Of a DNA stretch of 64,000 nt, positions 48,442 to 60,000 are shown in pieces. Position numbers and translations under genes: made by a program. Origin of the DNA: Victivallis vadensis (GTDB lineage: Bacteria > Verrucomicrobiota > Kiritimatiellia > UBA8416 > CAMCYG01); the NCBI GenBank assembly GCA_945883775.1, contig CAMCYG010000002.1, positions 3,512 to 67,511 of the forward strand. Reading direction: 5' to 3'. Below the pieces are notes generated by a model. It saw only the letters and a program-made list of their open reading frames with translations, ran no database searches and was not told the DNA's origin. The stretch's first letter is position 1. Every line of letters begins with the position of its first letter.

Positions 48442-49686
48442 GTGAGCACTGTATCCTTTAAGACCATCGGCTGCAGGCTCAATCAGGCTGAGACCGCAAT
48501 GCTTTCAGGTCAGCTGGCCGCCCACGGCATGGATATAGTCCCATGGGGCGAAAAGGCCGATGCAATTGTCATCCACACATGTGCTGTCACAACCAACGCG
48601 GAGCGAAACTGCCTGCGGCTGGCAAGATCCGCAAAGCGCGATTTCCCTGATGCAAAAATCGTGCTGGCAGGTTGCGCTGTGCAAGTTGACAGGGAGCGAG
48701 TCAGAAAAGAATCCGGCGCTGACATTTTGCTCGATCAGACACAAAAGTTCGAGCTTCCGAATGCCCTTGCAAAGGCTGGGTTAACCGGCAGATCCACATC
48801 TTTGCCATCAGAAACGCATCAATACAGTACAAAAACACGGGCATCAATCAAGGTTCAGGATGGATGTGAATTCGGATGCTCCTACTGCATCGTACCACGC
48901 GCCCGTGGCAAATCGGTTTCGCGCGATCACAAAGAGATCATCAACGAGATCTCCCATCAGGCGCTGAGCGGAATTAAGGAGGTCGTTCTTACAGGTGCCA
49001 ACATCGGGACATATAACGATGACGGAATTAACCTGCCAAGCCTGGTCAAGATGATCGAGAATATTGACGGCATCTACAGGATACGGATAAGTTCCATAGA
49101 GCCCACGACAGCAGAAGAGGACATCGTTAGATTAATGGCAGGATCGACAAAACTGTGCAGGTACCTGCACCTACCCATACAGAGCGGAGACGACAGCATT
49201 CTGAAACTCATGAGGCGGCGACATAGCATTTCAGGTATTGCCGCTTTTATCAAGAAAGCGAAGGATGCTATACCGACGCTTGGTATTGGCACGGATATCA
49301 TAGTGGGATTCCCAGGCGAGACGGATGCGATGTTTGCAAATACCATGGCGTTTCTCGAATCGCTTCCCTTCAGCAATATTCATGCATTCTCATACAGTAA
49401 GCGGCCAGAAACTGATGCCGCCAGAATGCCAGATCAGATACATCCCGATATTACTAGACAACGTGTTAATGCAATTAATCGCCTTAAAGATTTGAAGAAA
49501 AACGACTTCGCCTTATCATTCTTCGGCAAAACTGTCGAAGTTCTCGTGGAACGCGTTAATAAGAAAGGAATTGGAACGGGTTGGACATCGGAATATATCG
49601 AGGCATCAGTAAAGAGTGCAGAAAGAAAATCCATTATCTCCTTTGTACCTTCTTCAATAGCAGACGGTTGCATTAGCATGCCCTGA
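48442..49686 (+). CDS. mtaB: radical-SAM tRNA methylthiotransferase of the MiaB/RimO family, MtaB-like
   Basis: An N-terminal MTTase domain (FKTIGCRLNQAE) and the radical-SAM cysteine motif CEFGCSYCIVP are present. The 414-aa length fits MtaB-type enzymes. Confidence 0.8.
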   Translation: MSTVSFKTIGCRLNQAETAMLSGQLAAHGMDIVPWGEKADAIVIHTCAVTTNAERNCLRLARSAKRDFPDAKIVLAGCAVQVDRERVRKESGADILLDQTQKFELPNALAKAGLTGRSTSLPSETHQYSTKTRASIKVQDGCEFGCSYCIVPRARGKSVSRDHKEIINEISHQALSGIKEVVLTGANIGTYNDDGINLPSLVKMIENIDGIYRIRISSIEPTTAEEDIVRLMAGSTKLCRYLHLPIQSGDDSILKLMRRRHSISGIAAFIKKAKDAIPTLGIGTDIIVGFPGETDAMFANTMAFLESLPFSNIHAFSYSKRPETDAARMPDQIHPDITRQRVNAINRLKDLKKNDFALSFFGKTVEVLVERVNKKGIGTGWTSEYIEASVKSAERKSIISFVPSSIADGCISMP

Positions 49687-49758
49687 AAAATACAGCAAAA
49701 ACACTATTGATTTTTCTAAATCTCTGTCCTACAATAACTAACACTAAAGGAATTAATT

Positions 49759-51462
49759 ATGTTTTGGAGCAAGACTCTTATACCGACGTTGCGAGATGAT
49801 CCTGGAGAAGCAGAGATACCAAGTCACAAGTTAATGCTGAGGGCTGGATTGTTAAGAAAGCTCTCCAGTGGTCTTTACACATTTCTACCTCTTGGTTTCA
49901 AGGCTCTCAAGAAGGTAGAGCTGATCGTTCGTGAGGAAATGGATAAAGCTGGTGCAATGGAAGTGCTTATGCCGGCACTACAGCCCAGAGAGATATGGGA
50001 AACCTCCGATCGATACAAGACCATGGGCGCCTCAATGTTCAGACTAAAGGACCGACAGCAGCGCGATATGGTGTTGGGGCCCACGCATGAAGAAGTAATA
50101 ACGGAACTAGTCTCTCATGAGCTTAATTCTTATAAACAGCTCCCGAAGACTTTCTATCAGATCCAGACAAAGTTCAGGGACGAAATACGGCCTAGATTCG
50201 GACTGATGAGAGCCAAAGAATTCATCATGAAGGACGCTTACAGCTTTGACATCGACATTAATGCAGCGGATGCAAGTTATAAGGCCATGTACGATGCTTA
50301 TGTCAGGATATTTGAGCGATGTGGCCTGAGGACTAAGGTAGTTGAAGCAGATACCGGCGCCATAGGTGGAAAGTGGTCGCATGAGTTCATGGTTCTAGCC
50401 GATACTGGCGAAGATGGGATTGTTGAGTGCACAAAATGCGAATATGCCGCAAATCTGGAAAGAGCTGAACGAGCGATTCCATCCCCAATCTACTTCCCTG
50501 ATTCAGAAAAGGCAATAGAAGAGGTTGCAACACCGGGAATGAAGATTGTTGATGAAGTGAGCGGATTTTTCAAATGTGACCCCAAGCGTATAATAAAGAC
50601 TATTATTTACTTAATCGACGGCAATCCTGCAGCAGTATGCGTGTCCAGCGATAGAGACATCAACGAGCACAAGCTGGCAAGAATACTCGAAGCTCAGACC
50701 GTAGTGCTGGCAGATGCCGGAACCATTCTCAAATCTACATCGGCCGAAGTTGGTTACGCCGGACCGGTAGGCCTAAAAATCCCAGTTTATGCAGATCTGG
50801 GACTCAGGGACTGCAAAGGCATGATTTCTGGCGCGAACAAGAACGATACACATCTTATCAACGTCTGCGCTGGGCGTGATTTCCAACCTGCTCAATTTAT
50901 CGACATCGGCACGGTCAAGGAGAACGACCTCTGTCCGCGCTGCAGTGAGCAACTAAGGGAAAAGCGAGGCATAGAGGTCGGCCATGTGTTCAAACTAGGC
51001 ACCAAATACAGCGAGAAGTTTAACGCCATATACCTTGATGCACAGGGACAGAAAAACACAATAGTCATGGGTTGCTATGGAATCGGGGTAACCAGGACAC
51101 TACAATCCATTATAGAACAGTCGTTCGACGAGAATGGCATAATATGGCCTTTATCTGTAGCGCCATACCAAGTTGTCATCGATGTCCTTGATCCAAAGGT
51201 CGAGAAATGCATGTCGGTGGGGCTATCCCTGATGAACGATCTCGAGAAAAAAGGTATTGATGTCATTCTGGACGATAGGGATGAGAGGCCAGGGGTAAAG
51301 TTCAAGGACGCTGATTTGGTAGGATTTCCCATAAGGGTTGTAGTGGGAGCACGGAACATTGACGCAGGCAAGATCGAGATTAAGCTACGCAAAGAGAAGA
51401 AGGCTGATTTGGTCGATGTCGTCAATGCCGTAGAAACGATATACAACATCTGCAAAACATAA
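49759..51462 (+). CDS. proS: proline--tRNA ligase (bacterial type with editing domain)
   Basis: Class II aaRS motifs and the ProRS N-terminus (LIPTLRDDPGEAEIPSHKLMLRAG) are present. The 567-aa length implies an inserted editing domain. Confidence 0.9.
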   Translation: MFWSKTLIPTLRDDPGEAEIPSHKLMLRAGLLRKLSSGLYTFLPLGFKALKKVELIVREEMDKAGAMEVLMPALQPREIWETSDRYKTMGASMFRLKDRQQRDMVLGPTHEEVITELVSHELNSYKQLPKTFYQIQTKFRDEIRPRFGLMRAKEFIMKDAYSFDIDINAADASYKAMYDAYVRIFERCGLRTKVVEADTGAIGGKWSHEFMVLADTGEDGIVECTKCEYAANLERAERAIPSPIYFPDSEKAIEEVATPGMKIVDEVSGFFKCDPKRIIKTIIYLIDGNPAAVCVSSDRDINEHKLARILEAQTVVLADAGTILKSTSAEVGYAGPVGLKIPVYADLGLRDCKGMISGANKNDTHLINVCAGRDFQPAQFIDIGTVKENDLCPRCSEQLREKRGIEVGHVFKLGTKYSEKFNAIYLDAQGQKNTIVMGCYGIGVTRTLQSIIEQSFDENGIIWPLSVAPYQVVIDVLDPKVEKCMSVGLSLMNDLEKKGIDVILDDRDERPGVKFKDADLVGFPIRVVVGARNIDAGKIEIKLRKEKKADLVDVVNAVETIYNICKT

Positions 51463-51479
51463 GATAAAAGGAGGTTGTC

Positions 51480-51761
51480 ATGACAAAGCGGGATCTGGTA
51501 GTGAGAATATCGAATGAGACCGGTTTGGTCCAGCAGGACGTGTATGCAATCATACAGAAAACTCTGGATTATATCACGGAAGCTATGGTCAAGGGTGAGA
51601 ACGTTGAATTCAGGGATTTCGGTGTGTTTGAGATATGCACCAGAAAGCCCAGGATTGGACGCAACCCGAACAAGCCTGAAAACACGGTCACTATACCGGA
51701 ACGAAAAGTTGTAAAGTTCAAAGCAGGCAAGAAGATGAAGGCCGCTGTACTGGTCAGCTGA
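51480..51761 (+). CDS. HU/IHF-family nucleoid DNA-binding protein
   Basis: The 93-aa protein has the beta-arm motif GRNPNKPENTVTIPERKVVKFKAGK, and AAAGGAGG lies upstream of the ATG. Confidence 0.85.
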   Translation: MTKRDLVVRISNETGLVQQDVYAIIQKTLDYITEAMVKGENVEFRDFGVFEICTRKPRIGRNPNKPENTVTIPERKVVKFKAGKKMKAAVLVS

Positions 51762-51776
51762 TAGCAAGCAAGACAG

Positions 51777-53039
51777 ATGAGTTCAGATTTAACACTTGCG
51801 CCCCCTCGGGGTATGAGGGATTTCTATCCCGAGGATATGGCTATACGTAACCATATCTTCCAGGTTTGGCATAATTCAGCCCGCCTTCACGGATTTCTAA
51901 ACTACGACTCCTGCGTTGTAGAAAACCTGTCCCTCCTTAAAAGAAAAGCCGGTGAAGAAATCACCGAGCAGATATACAGTTTCATTGATAAGAGCAATCG
52001 CGAGCTTGCACTGCGCCCTGAGATGACACCTACTCTGGCCCGGATGCTTATTGCCAGACAGAACTCAATGCAATTCCCGGCAAAATGGTACACAATCGCA
52101 CAGTGCTTCAGGTACGAGCGCATGTCGAAAGGCCGGAAACGGGAGCATTTCCAATGGAACCTCGATATTGCAGGCGAACCGTCGACCTCCGCTGAAGCAG
52201 AAATAATAGCTGCCGCGATTACAGCAATGAGAGCTCTAGGCCTCACGGCCGGCGATATAAAAGTAAGAATTAATAGTCGCGCTTTGATGGCCGAGCTCCT
52301 TATCAAGCATGGAATACAGCAGGAACATACCGCATCCGTCTTCATGGCTATAGACAAGTACGGGAAAATTCCTGAGCCAGAGATTGTTAAGATGCTGACA
52401 GCGGCATGTCTTTCTGAAGAAGGCATCAAGGCAGTTTTTGAGATCATGAAGATCAATAGCATTGACGCCGCTAAGTCTGCAGCCGGTGATGAATCACCTG
52501 CCATGCGGGCTATTATTGAAATATGGGGAGCCATAAGCACATACGGACTAACTGATTTCATTGAATTCGATATGTCAGTCGTCCGGGGCCTTGGTTACTA
52601 CACAGGGATTGTCTTTGAATGTTACGACATCAAGAAAGAGCACCGCGCCATCTTTGGCGGGGGCCGCTACGACAACCTGATATCCGATTTAGGCGGCAAT
52701 AAGATCCCATGCGTCGGCATGGGGTTTGGTGATGTCGTTATAGCTGAGTTACTTGCAGAAAAGGGACTGTTACCGACAGGTTCAGCCCCTGCTCTTGTGG
52801 CTGTCGGATGCATGGACAAGCCTTCCATGTCTTTGGCGATCGAGATCGCGGTCATGTTCAGGAATAATGGGGAATCCGTTGATCTGGCACTGGCACCTGA
52901 AAAACCCAAGAATTTCTTCTCGCGTTGCAGTTCTGCCGGCTTCGATCGGGCTGTCTATATCGGACCCGATGATGTCAAATCCCGTAAGATCAGAATCAAA
53001 GACCTCAAGACGCGACAGGAGACGGAGCTGTCTCTGTAG
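51777..53039 (+). CDS. hisS: histidine--tRNA ligase
   Basis: [12 protein letters not shown], class II motif 2 ([16 protein letters not shown]) and motif 3 (GGGRYDNL) are present. Confidence 0.9.
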   Translation: MSSDLTLAPPRGMRDFYPEDMAIRNHIFQVWHNSARLHGFLNYDSCVVENLSLLKRKAGEEITEQIYSFIDKSNRELALRPEMTPTLARMLIARQNSMQFPAKWYTIAQCFRYERMSKGRKREHFQWNLDIAGEPSTSAEAEIIAAAITAMRALGLTAGDIKVRINSRALMAELLIKHGIQQEHTASVFMAIDKYGKIPEPEIVKMLTAACLSEEGIKAVFEIMKINSIDAAKSAAGDESPAMRAIIEIWGAISTYGLTDFIEFDMSVVRGLGYYTGIVFECYDIKKEHRAIFGGGRYDNLISDLGGNKIPCVGMGFGDVVIAELLAEKGLLPTGSAPALVAVGCMDKPSMSLAIEIAVMFRNNGESVDLALAPEKPKNFFSRCSSAGFDRAVYIGPDDVKSRKIRIKDLKTRQETELSL

Positions 53040-54825
53040 GCAATATCTTCGGTTTTTCTGGAAGATTGATCTTGATGTGAAGTTCTCGCAGTTGCTTCAA
53101 CGTAACGTCGCCAGGAGCACCCATAAGAAGATCCTGTGCCTTCTGGTTCATTGGGAAAGCAATTACTTCCCTAATATTATCCACATTTGCCAATAGCATT
53201 ACTATTCTGTCGATGCCAGGGGCAATGCCACCGTGTGGCGGCGCACCCAGCTTAAAAGCGTTGATAAGCGCCGGGAACTTCCCGTCTACATCTTCCTGCT
53301 TATACCCGGCAAGATCAAATGCCTTGTACATGATTTCGGGCTTATGATTTCTGATTGCCCCGCTGCCGACCTCGCATCCATTACAGACAACATCATACTG
53401 AAAAGCCTTGATATCAACCGGATTCATCGTATTCAACGCCTCAATACCGCCCTGCGGCATTGAAAACGGATTATGAGAGAATATGACAGTCTGTGATTCC
53501 TCATCAAATTCGTACATCGGGAAGTCGACTATCCAGCAGAACCGATAGACATCTTTCTCGAGAATGTCCAGATCACGGCCCAGCTTTATACGTATATCGC
53601 CTGATACTCTATTCACCAGTTTGACGTTGTCGCACAGCAGGAACACCACATCCCCATCCTGTAAAGCGCATTGAGCGGCTATGCTAGCAAGCTCGTCCTT
53701 GGAAAGAAACTTGGCTATAGGGCCCTTTACCTCGCCATTCTCCCAAACAAGATAAGCCAAACCCTTGGCACCTAAAGAAATCGCATACTCAACCAGTTTA
53801 TCAAAGAAACTACGGGACTTGGACGCAATCTGTCTGACCGGAATTGCTCTTACCACGGCCCCCTTCTCCACCAGCGATTTAAAAGCCTTGAAGCCGGACG
53901 TACGGAATATTTCCGTAGCATCAGACATGATTATCGGGTTGCGCAAATCTGGCTTATCAGAGCCGTACATCAGCATTGAATCTGAATACTTAATCCGCTT
54001 GAATGGTATTCCATCAACCTTCCAAGAGCCGAATTTTGTAAATATCTGATGCAAAACAGATTCAACCACCTTAAAAATGTCATCTGGTTCGACAAACGAC
54101 ATCTCGATATCAAGCTGACTGTGCTCACCCGGCGACCTGTCCGCCCTCGCATCTTCATCCCGGAAACAGGATGCAATTTGGAAATATTTATCGAATCCGG
54201 CTAGCATGAGTAATTGCTTAAACTGCTGGGGTGATTGCGGAAGAGCATAGAACTTGCCGGGGTGTACCCTGCTCGGCACAAGATAATCACGTGCACCCTC
54301 TGGTGAACTACTGGTTAATATAGGCGTCTGGAACTCATTAAAGCCGTTCTGATCTATCATTATCTTCCTGATTTCCGAGATCACACGGGTACGCAACATG
54401 ATGTTGCTATGCAATTTCTCTCTACGCAGATCGAGGAACCTGTATTTCAAGCGCAACTCCTCAGAAGTATCATCATCGCCGGATACTTGGAATGGTATTT
54501 GTTCAGCCACACTATCAAAAATGATTTCCTGGGCCACAATCTCTATCTCACCGGTCTTGACTTCAGGGTTTATTGTGTCAGGGGTCCTGACTTCCACCAT
54601 ACCCGTAACGGTTATTACGGATTCAAGCTTAAGTTTTTGGCATTCCTCGAAATAGGATTGATCGGGGCGTATGACAATCTGCGTCATGCCGTAATGATCA
54701 CGCAGATCAAAGAAAAGAAGACTGCCGTGATCCCGTTTCCTGAAGACCCAGCCGGATAGTTTCACCAGTTTGCCAGCGTCAGCCGTGCGTAATTCGTCGC
54801 AGTTATGTGTTCTGTATTTATGCAT
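53005..54825 (-). CDS. aspS: aspartate--tRNA ligase
   Basis: An N-terminal OB-fold anticodon-binding domain ([19 protein letters not shown]), class II motifs and the C-terminal [14 protein letters not shown]...VIAFP block are present. Its 3' end overlaps the convergent hisS by 35 nt. Confidence 0.9.
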   Translation of the reverse strand: MHKYRTHNCDELRTADAGKLVKLSGWVFRKRDHGSLLFFDLRDHYGMTQIVIRPDQSYFEECQKLKLESVITVTGMVEVRTPDTINPEVKTGEIEIVAQEIIFDSVAEQIPFQVSGDDDTSEELRLKYRFLDLRREKLHSNIMLRTRVISEIRKIMIDQNGFNEFQTPILTSSSPEGARDYLVPSRVHPGKFYALPQSPQQFKQLLMLAGFDKYFQIASCFRDEDARADRSPGEHSQLDIEMSFVEPDDIFKVVESVLHQIFTKFGSWKVDGIPFKRIKYSDSMLMYGSDKPDLRNPIIMSDATEIFRTSGFKAFKSLVEKGAVVRAIPVRQIASKSRSFFDKLVEYAISLGAKGLAYLVWENGEVKGPIAKFLSKDELASIAAQCALQDGDVVFLLCDNVKLVNRVSGDIRIKLGRDLDILEKDVYRFCWIVDFPMYEFDEESQTVIFSHNPFSMPQGGIEALNTMNPVDIKAFQYDVVCNGCEVGSGAIRNHKPEIMYKAFDLAGYKQEDVDGKFPALINAFKLGAPPHGGIAPGIDRIVMLLANVDNIREVIAFPMNQKAQDLLMGAPGDVTLKQLRELHIKINLPEKPKILPTETAPSPVAS

Positions 54826-54910
54826 AAGAAATTGAGAAAATAGCAGGAATTGGGGAAATGTAAATAAGAAATGAACATATGGAGAGTACGAACTTCATTA
54901 GATTTATTCC

Positions 54911-54980
54911 GACTGTAGGAGTCGCAACCCTTTGCGACGATCGTGAATAATCGTCGATCTGGGGATCGACTCCTACAATA
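54911..54980. repeat. structured ~62-nt palindromic repeat (REP/BIME-like), copy 2
   Basis: gtaggagtcgcaaccctttgcgacgatcgtgaataatcgtcgatctggggatcgactcctac lies in the aspS upstream intergenic region. It matches copy 1 with six substitutions that preserve both stems. Confidence 0.75.
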
Positions 54981-55026
54981 CAGAGGACATAATCACTACA
55001 CACCATAATCCATCATATACGATTAT

Positions 55027-55980
55027 TCAGGGCGTTATGGTAACTTTAGCACCTAACGGAAGTATATCGAACACCTCTTCAACATCGGCATTATGCATTC
55101 TTATACAGCCGGCACTGTCTGCTGTTCCTATTGAGGCGTCGTTCCATGTGCCATGAATCCCATAGCCTTTAACTGACGGGGTGCTGCCAGTAGCCTTTAT
55201 GCTCATCCATCTGGTTCCAAGTATGTTCTCTTTATCACCAAACGGCAGCATCTTGTCACCTCTCCACCAAGGTGGCTCAACTATCTTATCATTGACGGCA
55301 AATGTACCTTCAGGAGTCTTTCCCATCTTGCCGGTACAGACCCTGTAGCGCTTGCAAAACAAGCCGTTTATATATAACACCATATCGTTGGCAGATTTAC
55401 TGCAGACCAGACTGAATACTGCTTTTGTCAAAACCAGAGTATCGCCAGCATGCAGAACCTTTGCCTCAGAAAAACCATTTGCTCTGCGAATAAGATTTAC
55501 TGTAGTGCCATGACTTTTGGCAATCTTTTCCAGACTGTCGCCCGGCCTCACAGAATATGACATCTTCTCAGAGGTCATAATTGGCGAAAATAGTACGGCT
55601 ATCGAGAGCTTTCCCATTTCGAATTCAGCCATTTCAACAATTCGGGAATCATTGGTAGCCGTTATTATGGAGCGATATTTCTGAAAAGCCTCTTCATGTT
55701 TATTGGCAGTTTCAAGATCCTTGGCCTCTTTCAATATAGCCAAGCCTGCTGTCTGTGCTGTTAGATTTGATGAAGAATTATCAACTGTGACCGGCACACT
55801 GTTGGTTAACGCCTGCGCAGGCGGCTCGCCCTGAGTCGAAGGCACATCACGCCGATCGCGTATGATCCTGTATGCTTGATAAGATCCAGCACAGACCAGG
55901 ATAACGATTAAAAGCAATACCCAAGGCTTCCTGCTGGGGGATTTAAAATCATCCTGAGACACGGGATTATCAAGAAACAT
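55027..55980 (-). CDS. L,D-transpeptidase (YkuD domain) with a LysM peptidoglycan-binding domain
   Basis: A LysM domain (YSVRPGDSLEKIAKSHGTTVNLIRRANG) and YkuD catalytic motifs (HGT...SAGCIRM) are present. The N-terminus has a TM/signal anchor. Confidence 0.85.
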   Translation of the reverse strand: MFLDNPVSQDDFKSPSRKPWVLLLIVILVCAGSYQAYRIIRDRRDVPSTQGEPPAQALTNSVPVTVDNSSSNLTAQTAGLAILKEAKDLETANKHEEAFQKYRSIITATNDSRIVEMAEFEMGKLSIAVLFSPIMTSEKMSYSVRPGDSLEKIAKSHGTTVNLIRRANGFSEAKVLHAGDTLVLTKAVFSLVCSKSANDMVLYINGLFCKRYRVCTGKMGKTPEGTFAVNDKIVEPPWWRGDKMLPFGDKENILGTRWMSIKATGSTPSVKGYGIHGTWNDASIGTADSAGCIRMHNADVEEVFDILPLGAKVTITP

Positions 55981-56006
55981 CAGAATCGCCTCTTATCATC
56001 AGCCTA

Positions 56007-56999
56007 TCAATTAGCCGCAGTATTTGTAGCATTTGTAGATGCTGGAGCATAAGGATTAATAGTTATCTGAATGTCATCAGCTGCGATGGCATTAATGTCA
56101 CCATTACTGGTCCCATTATGATGCATATAAGTGCCTTGCATAGTCCGGTTCGCAAGCAATCCGGAAGCAGATACAACGGTATCTGCATTTGCTGGAACTT
56201 CTGGCGCAATATAGTCACCCTGGAAGGTACCTAACAACTGATTTCCATCTGCATCGACAGCAGTGAACTGGGCAATAATATATCCTGAAGTCATACCGGT
56301 TGTTTCACCGCCTGTATTCGCAACAGAGCCCAATTCGCCACTGTATTCAACTCCGTTATTGTCTCTTATATAAAGCTTATTACCCTGCTGGGAAACAAAG
56401 AACGAAAATATCGATTGGTCGGACACCTGGTTGTTAGGAACTGAGGAAGATGACGAACCACTGGAGCTTGATGACGAGGAAGAGGCATTTGTTGTGCTCC
56501 ATGAATATGTTGCCATGACAGCCCGCCCAGCGACCGGGGGAAGCTCAAACAATACCGAAATCGCACCTGAAATATAGTTAATAGTTCCGCTACCCGACCT
56601 AGAACTTGTAAGAACCCCTGCACCGTTATCACGTAACTGCTCAACTCCATCAGTCACAGAAACGGAGCTTGGAAGGATCGGTCTCGTCGTAAGCGTACCA
56701 GAAAATGACCTGTTATTTCCGCCACCTACAACACTGCCGACTTGTTCCGTACTTGTTCCAGTCGTGCCAGATACACTTGATGAACTTCCGCCTGAACTTC
56801 CGTTTGTAGAGGTAGAAGACGTTGTCGCCCAGCCAGAAACCACTAGACTGCCTGCCGCCTGCTTATACATGCCACTGAAATTGACCCAGCTTGAGCTATC
56901 ATCCCAAGAGTCATCGCTTCCGGAGGTTGACCACTCACATCCAGGAAATATGCTTAACGCCAACACAACTGCTGCAAAACAATTAATATATCGTGTCAT
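56007..56999 (-). CDS. secreted Ser/Thr/Gly-rich protein, possibly a lipoprotein, encoded immediately downstream of the giant surface protein gene
   Basis: It has a signal peptide with a Cys at position 21 (ALSIFPGCEW) and long S/T/G low-complexity tracts. There is a 44-nt gap to the giant gene's stop. Confidence 0.6.
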   Translation of the reverse strand: MTRYINCFAAVVLALSIFPGCEWSTSGSDDSWDDSSSWVNFSGMYKQAAGSLVVSGWATTSSTSTNGSSGGSSSSVSGTTGTSTEQVGSVVGGGNNRSFSGTLTTRPILPSSVSVTDGVEQLRDNGAGVLTSSRSGSGTINYISGAISVLFELPPVAGRAVMATYSWSTTNASSSSSSSSGSSSSSVPNNQVSDQSIFSFFVSQQGNKLYIRDNNGVEYSGELGSVANTGGETTGMTSGYIIAQFTAVDADGNQLLGTFQGDYIAPEVPANADTVVSASGLLANRTMQGTYMHHNGTSNGDINAIAADDIQITINPYAPASTNATNTAAN

Positions 57000-57043
57000 T
57001 ATTATTCTCCAAGTATTAAAGATGTGTGAGGTTAGCAGGTAAC

Positions 57044-60000
57044 CTACTGATTGGCAATACCATATGTTATTCGATAATAGACTGTTGAAGGTGGTGCTGG
57101 CGCGATATTTACGTCATCCACTACCGCTGCATTACCACCATTCACTCCGTCACTTGTATATTGGTCAATTGGAACCCAAGTGATAAGATCCGAACTGGTC
57201 TCGACTGTGAAACGTATTGGCACCGCGCCAAGATTGGAATAAGTCATCCAGTTGACATTGATATTCCCGCTACCGTCAATTGTAAGCCCGGATATAGCAA
57301 TCTGGCTGACAGGCCCAGCAACATTCGGATTACTTCCCGCAGCAATCTCTGCAAGATCATTTGCACCACCAATTGAAATATCACCATCAGTGTCGACTGA
57401 ATTATATGATGTCCCAAAAGCATACTCCACATAATTCAGTATTCCATCGCCATCCGTGTCTGCAGAACCCGATGTCGCCAACGAACCAGCATAATTCTGA
57501 TATTCCCACCCATCAGGCACGTTGTCATTATCAGTATCACGATCGCTTATCACTATGTTTACACCGGTCACGCTCTCGGTGGTCAATAAATTCACCACCC
57601 TGAGCGAGTACTCAATGGCATACTCATACCTGATTCCCTCTGAAACATCACGAGCAACACCTAAAGGCTCCCATGGATCGGCAATGCTATTCCCGTTCAC
57701 ATCGATAAAAGCCTGCACATAATATATATCATGCTGAAGGCCATTGATAGTATAAGCACCAGCGGTGCTGAGTTTCTTCATGCCATCCACACCCGTGCGC
57801 AGATCAGGTTTGTTATAGGCCATAACATATATATTACCAGTTGCTTTTCCGAAATATGAAACTGTGCCAGACAAAGCTGGCGCGCCCACATACTGCTGAG
57901 GTGGATTAGTAATCGCCAGCGAGAAACTGCCATATCCCGACCAGCTGCCATAGGAAGCGTTATTATGCGGCCTTATACGCCACTGATAATTTCCATTGGT
58001 AAACGAACCGCCACTTCCAAACAATCCATATGTTGTAGTCGCGTCAACAGGCATAGACTGCTTGAATAAACCTGTCTGGAATCTGTAGGGCGCCGCAAAC
58101 ATTTTTGTGTAATTGACTCCGTTGGCTGAAGTGATCTCTATCTCATATCTCGGCTCGTTTGTGGCGCTGGACCATTCAAATATGTGTTTCTGGGATGTAA
58201 TCATATCGCCATTGATCGGACGGACAAGTACCGGGGTCCCAGAAGAAGACATCGGGACAAAGAAGCGATCCTTCTGCAGCATAGTTCCGTTCTCATAATC
58301 AAATATCTGCCACTCGTAACTGCCCTGAGGAAGACCATAATAATAGTTATTGCCGTCCAAATATGTGGCAGTCTGATAGTCCGGCTTAAAGAAGTAGTTC
58401 CTATCCCTTAGCGTCTTCTGCAATATCACAGGACTGTTGTCAATATCCAATCTGGTCAAACGCACAAACACGTTTGTAGGCGTGGCTGAAGCATTGACCC
58501 AAGTAAATGCTTTGAACCATGGTATAGCGGACTCTTCTGTCAGATAATAATTCAAGTTGGCAGTATCCCCATATACACAGTCCAAATCAGCCACGAAATA
58601 CGGGTCTCCCGGTTCATACGTATCTGCTGTCGAATCCCAGTTGGCATCGGAGGTGTTTTCTTCCACACCTTCTTTCAGATACGAAAGGAAATAAGTCTTA
58701 TTGTTCTCATCCGGCCAGGCCGAAGCTGTTATATGCCATGCCCTTGCTCTGGCATCATTCGTACTAGTGCCTACATCACGCAGATTATCATCATATGTCG
58801 AGACGCTGAATGTGTTGACCCAGAGAGAACCATTGAGATTCCCTTCATAATAGGCGCTCCCATTAATCATATTCTCAGGATAGTCAGCGACTGTTGGATT
58901 CCCTCCGTTCAAATATTCCCGCAGATTATCTGACCCGTCGTTATCAGGGTCCTCATTAGCATCATATCTCAATCTGCTCAAGATAGGTGCAAACTGAGCT
59001 TCCCACCAGTCAGGCATACCGTCCCCATCGTCGAACTTTGCGCCATAGGGCACGCCGGAATTACCGTAACTGTCAAAATAGTCATTCTTGCCGTCTCCGT
59101 CAGTATCAGCGCGCATCGGATCCAGATATATCCCCCCGAACGAGTCGACAAATGCCATATACTCATACAGATTGACCAAGCCGTCCTTATCAGGATCGCC
59201 CCAGGCACCGTTGCTGCCGGTTGCATCATTCGCATCGAGTCCGGCCGCAATTTCCCAATCATCCGGCAGGCCATCACCGTCAGTATCAAACGGTTCAGTT
59301 CCCTTCCCTAGATTATCCCACAACTCAATATCTTCATCCGCTACAGCCTGCCGCAACGGAAGCAAATCATCCATCACCGCTGCGGTATACCGCGAATATA
59401 TCAAATCGATCAGATCATAAGCAAAGGGATGGTCTTCGTACCCGGATTGAATAGAAGTTCTATAGGTTAATCCGTACGGATTACTGGCATTCGGGAACTC
59501 GTTTGTTATGTTAATATTAGCAGTGACTCTATTTGTCGTTGTCACCCCATTGGTTCCGGTAGTGGTGGTTGTCGTCGTTATTGTCCCGATAGGAACAACC
59601 CACGGCCAATTTATGGACAGCGAGTCAAGCACAGGATTTGTCAGCGGCATATGCGATGCGGTGTTATCTATCCATGGAACATAGTTATAATCATTATAAA
59701 CAGTCGACCGGTCCGGAGCCGTTCTCCAGAACTCATTACCGGCATAACTGCCGTCATTCGGCCTACCGCTGACAAGATTGAAGCCATCCGGTGAGACCGA
59801 CGAGTGGTCCGGATCAGGCAGATCATCGAAAGAATAATGGTACAACAGCATCGGAGCATAATTATCCAGAATATCACCCTGCGCATTGAGCGTAACGATA
59901 TCCGTACGTTTCATGCGCCTCATCATATTATCCTGAATGATCTGTGCACTGACAATGCCATCCCAGATACGTACCTCATCTATCCATCCTTTAAAGAACG

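Noticed and set aside
51075-51767. 230-aa minus-strand ORF
   Set aside because: It is antisense to the proS 3' end and the HU gene, both of which have strong sense-strand signatures.
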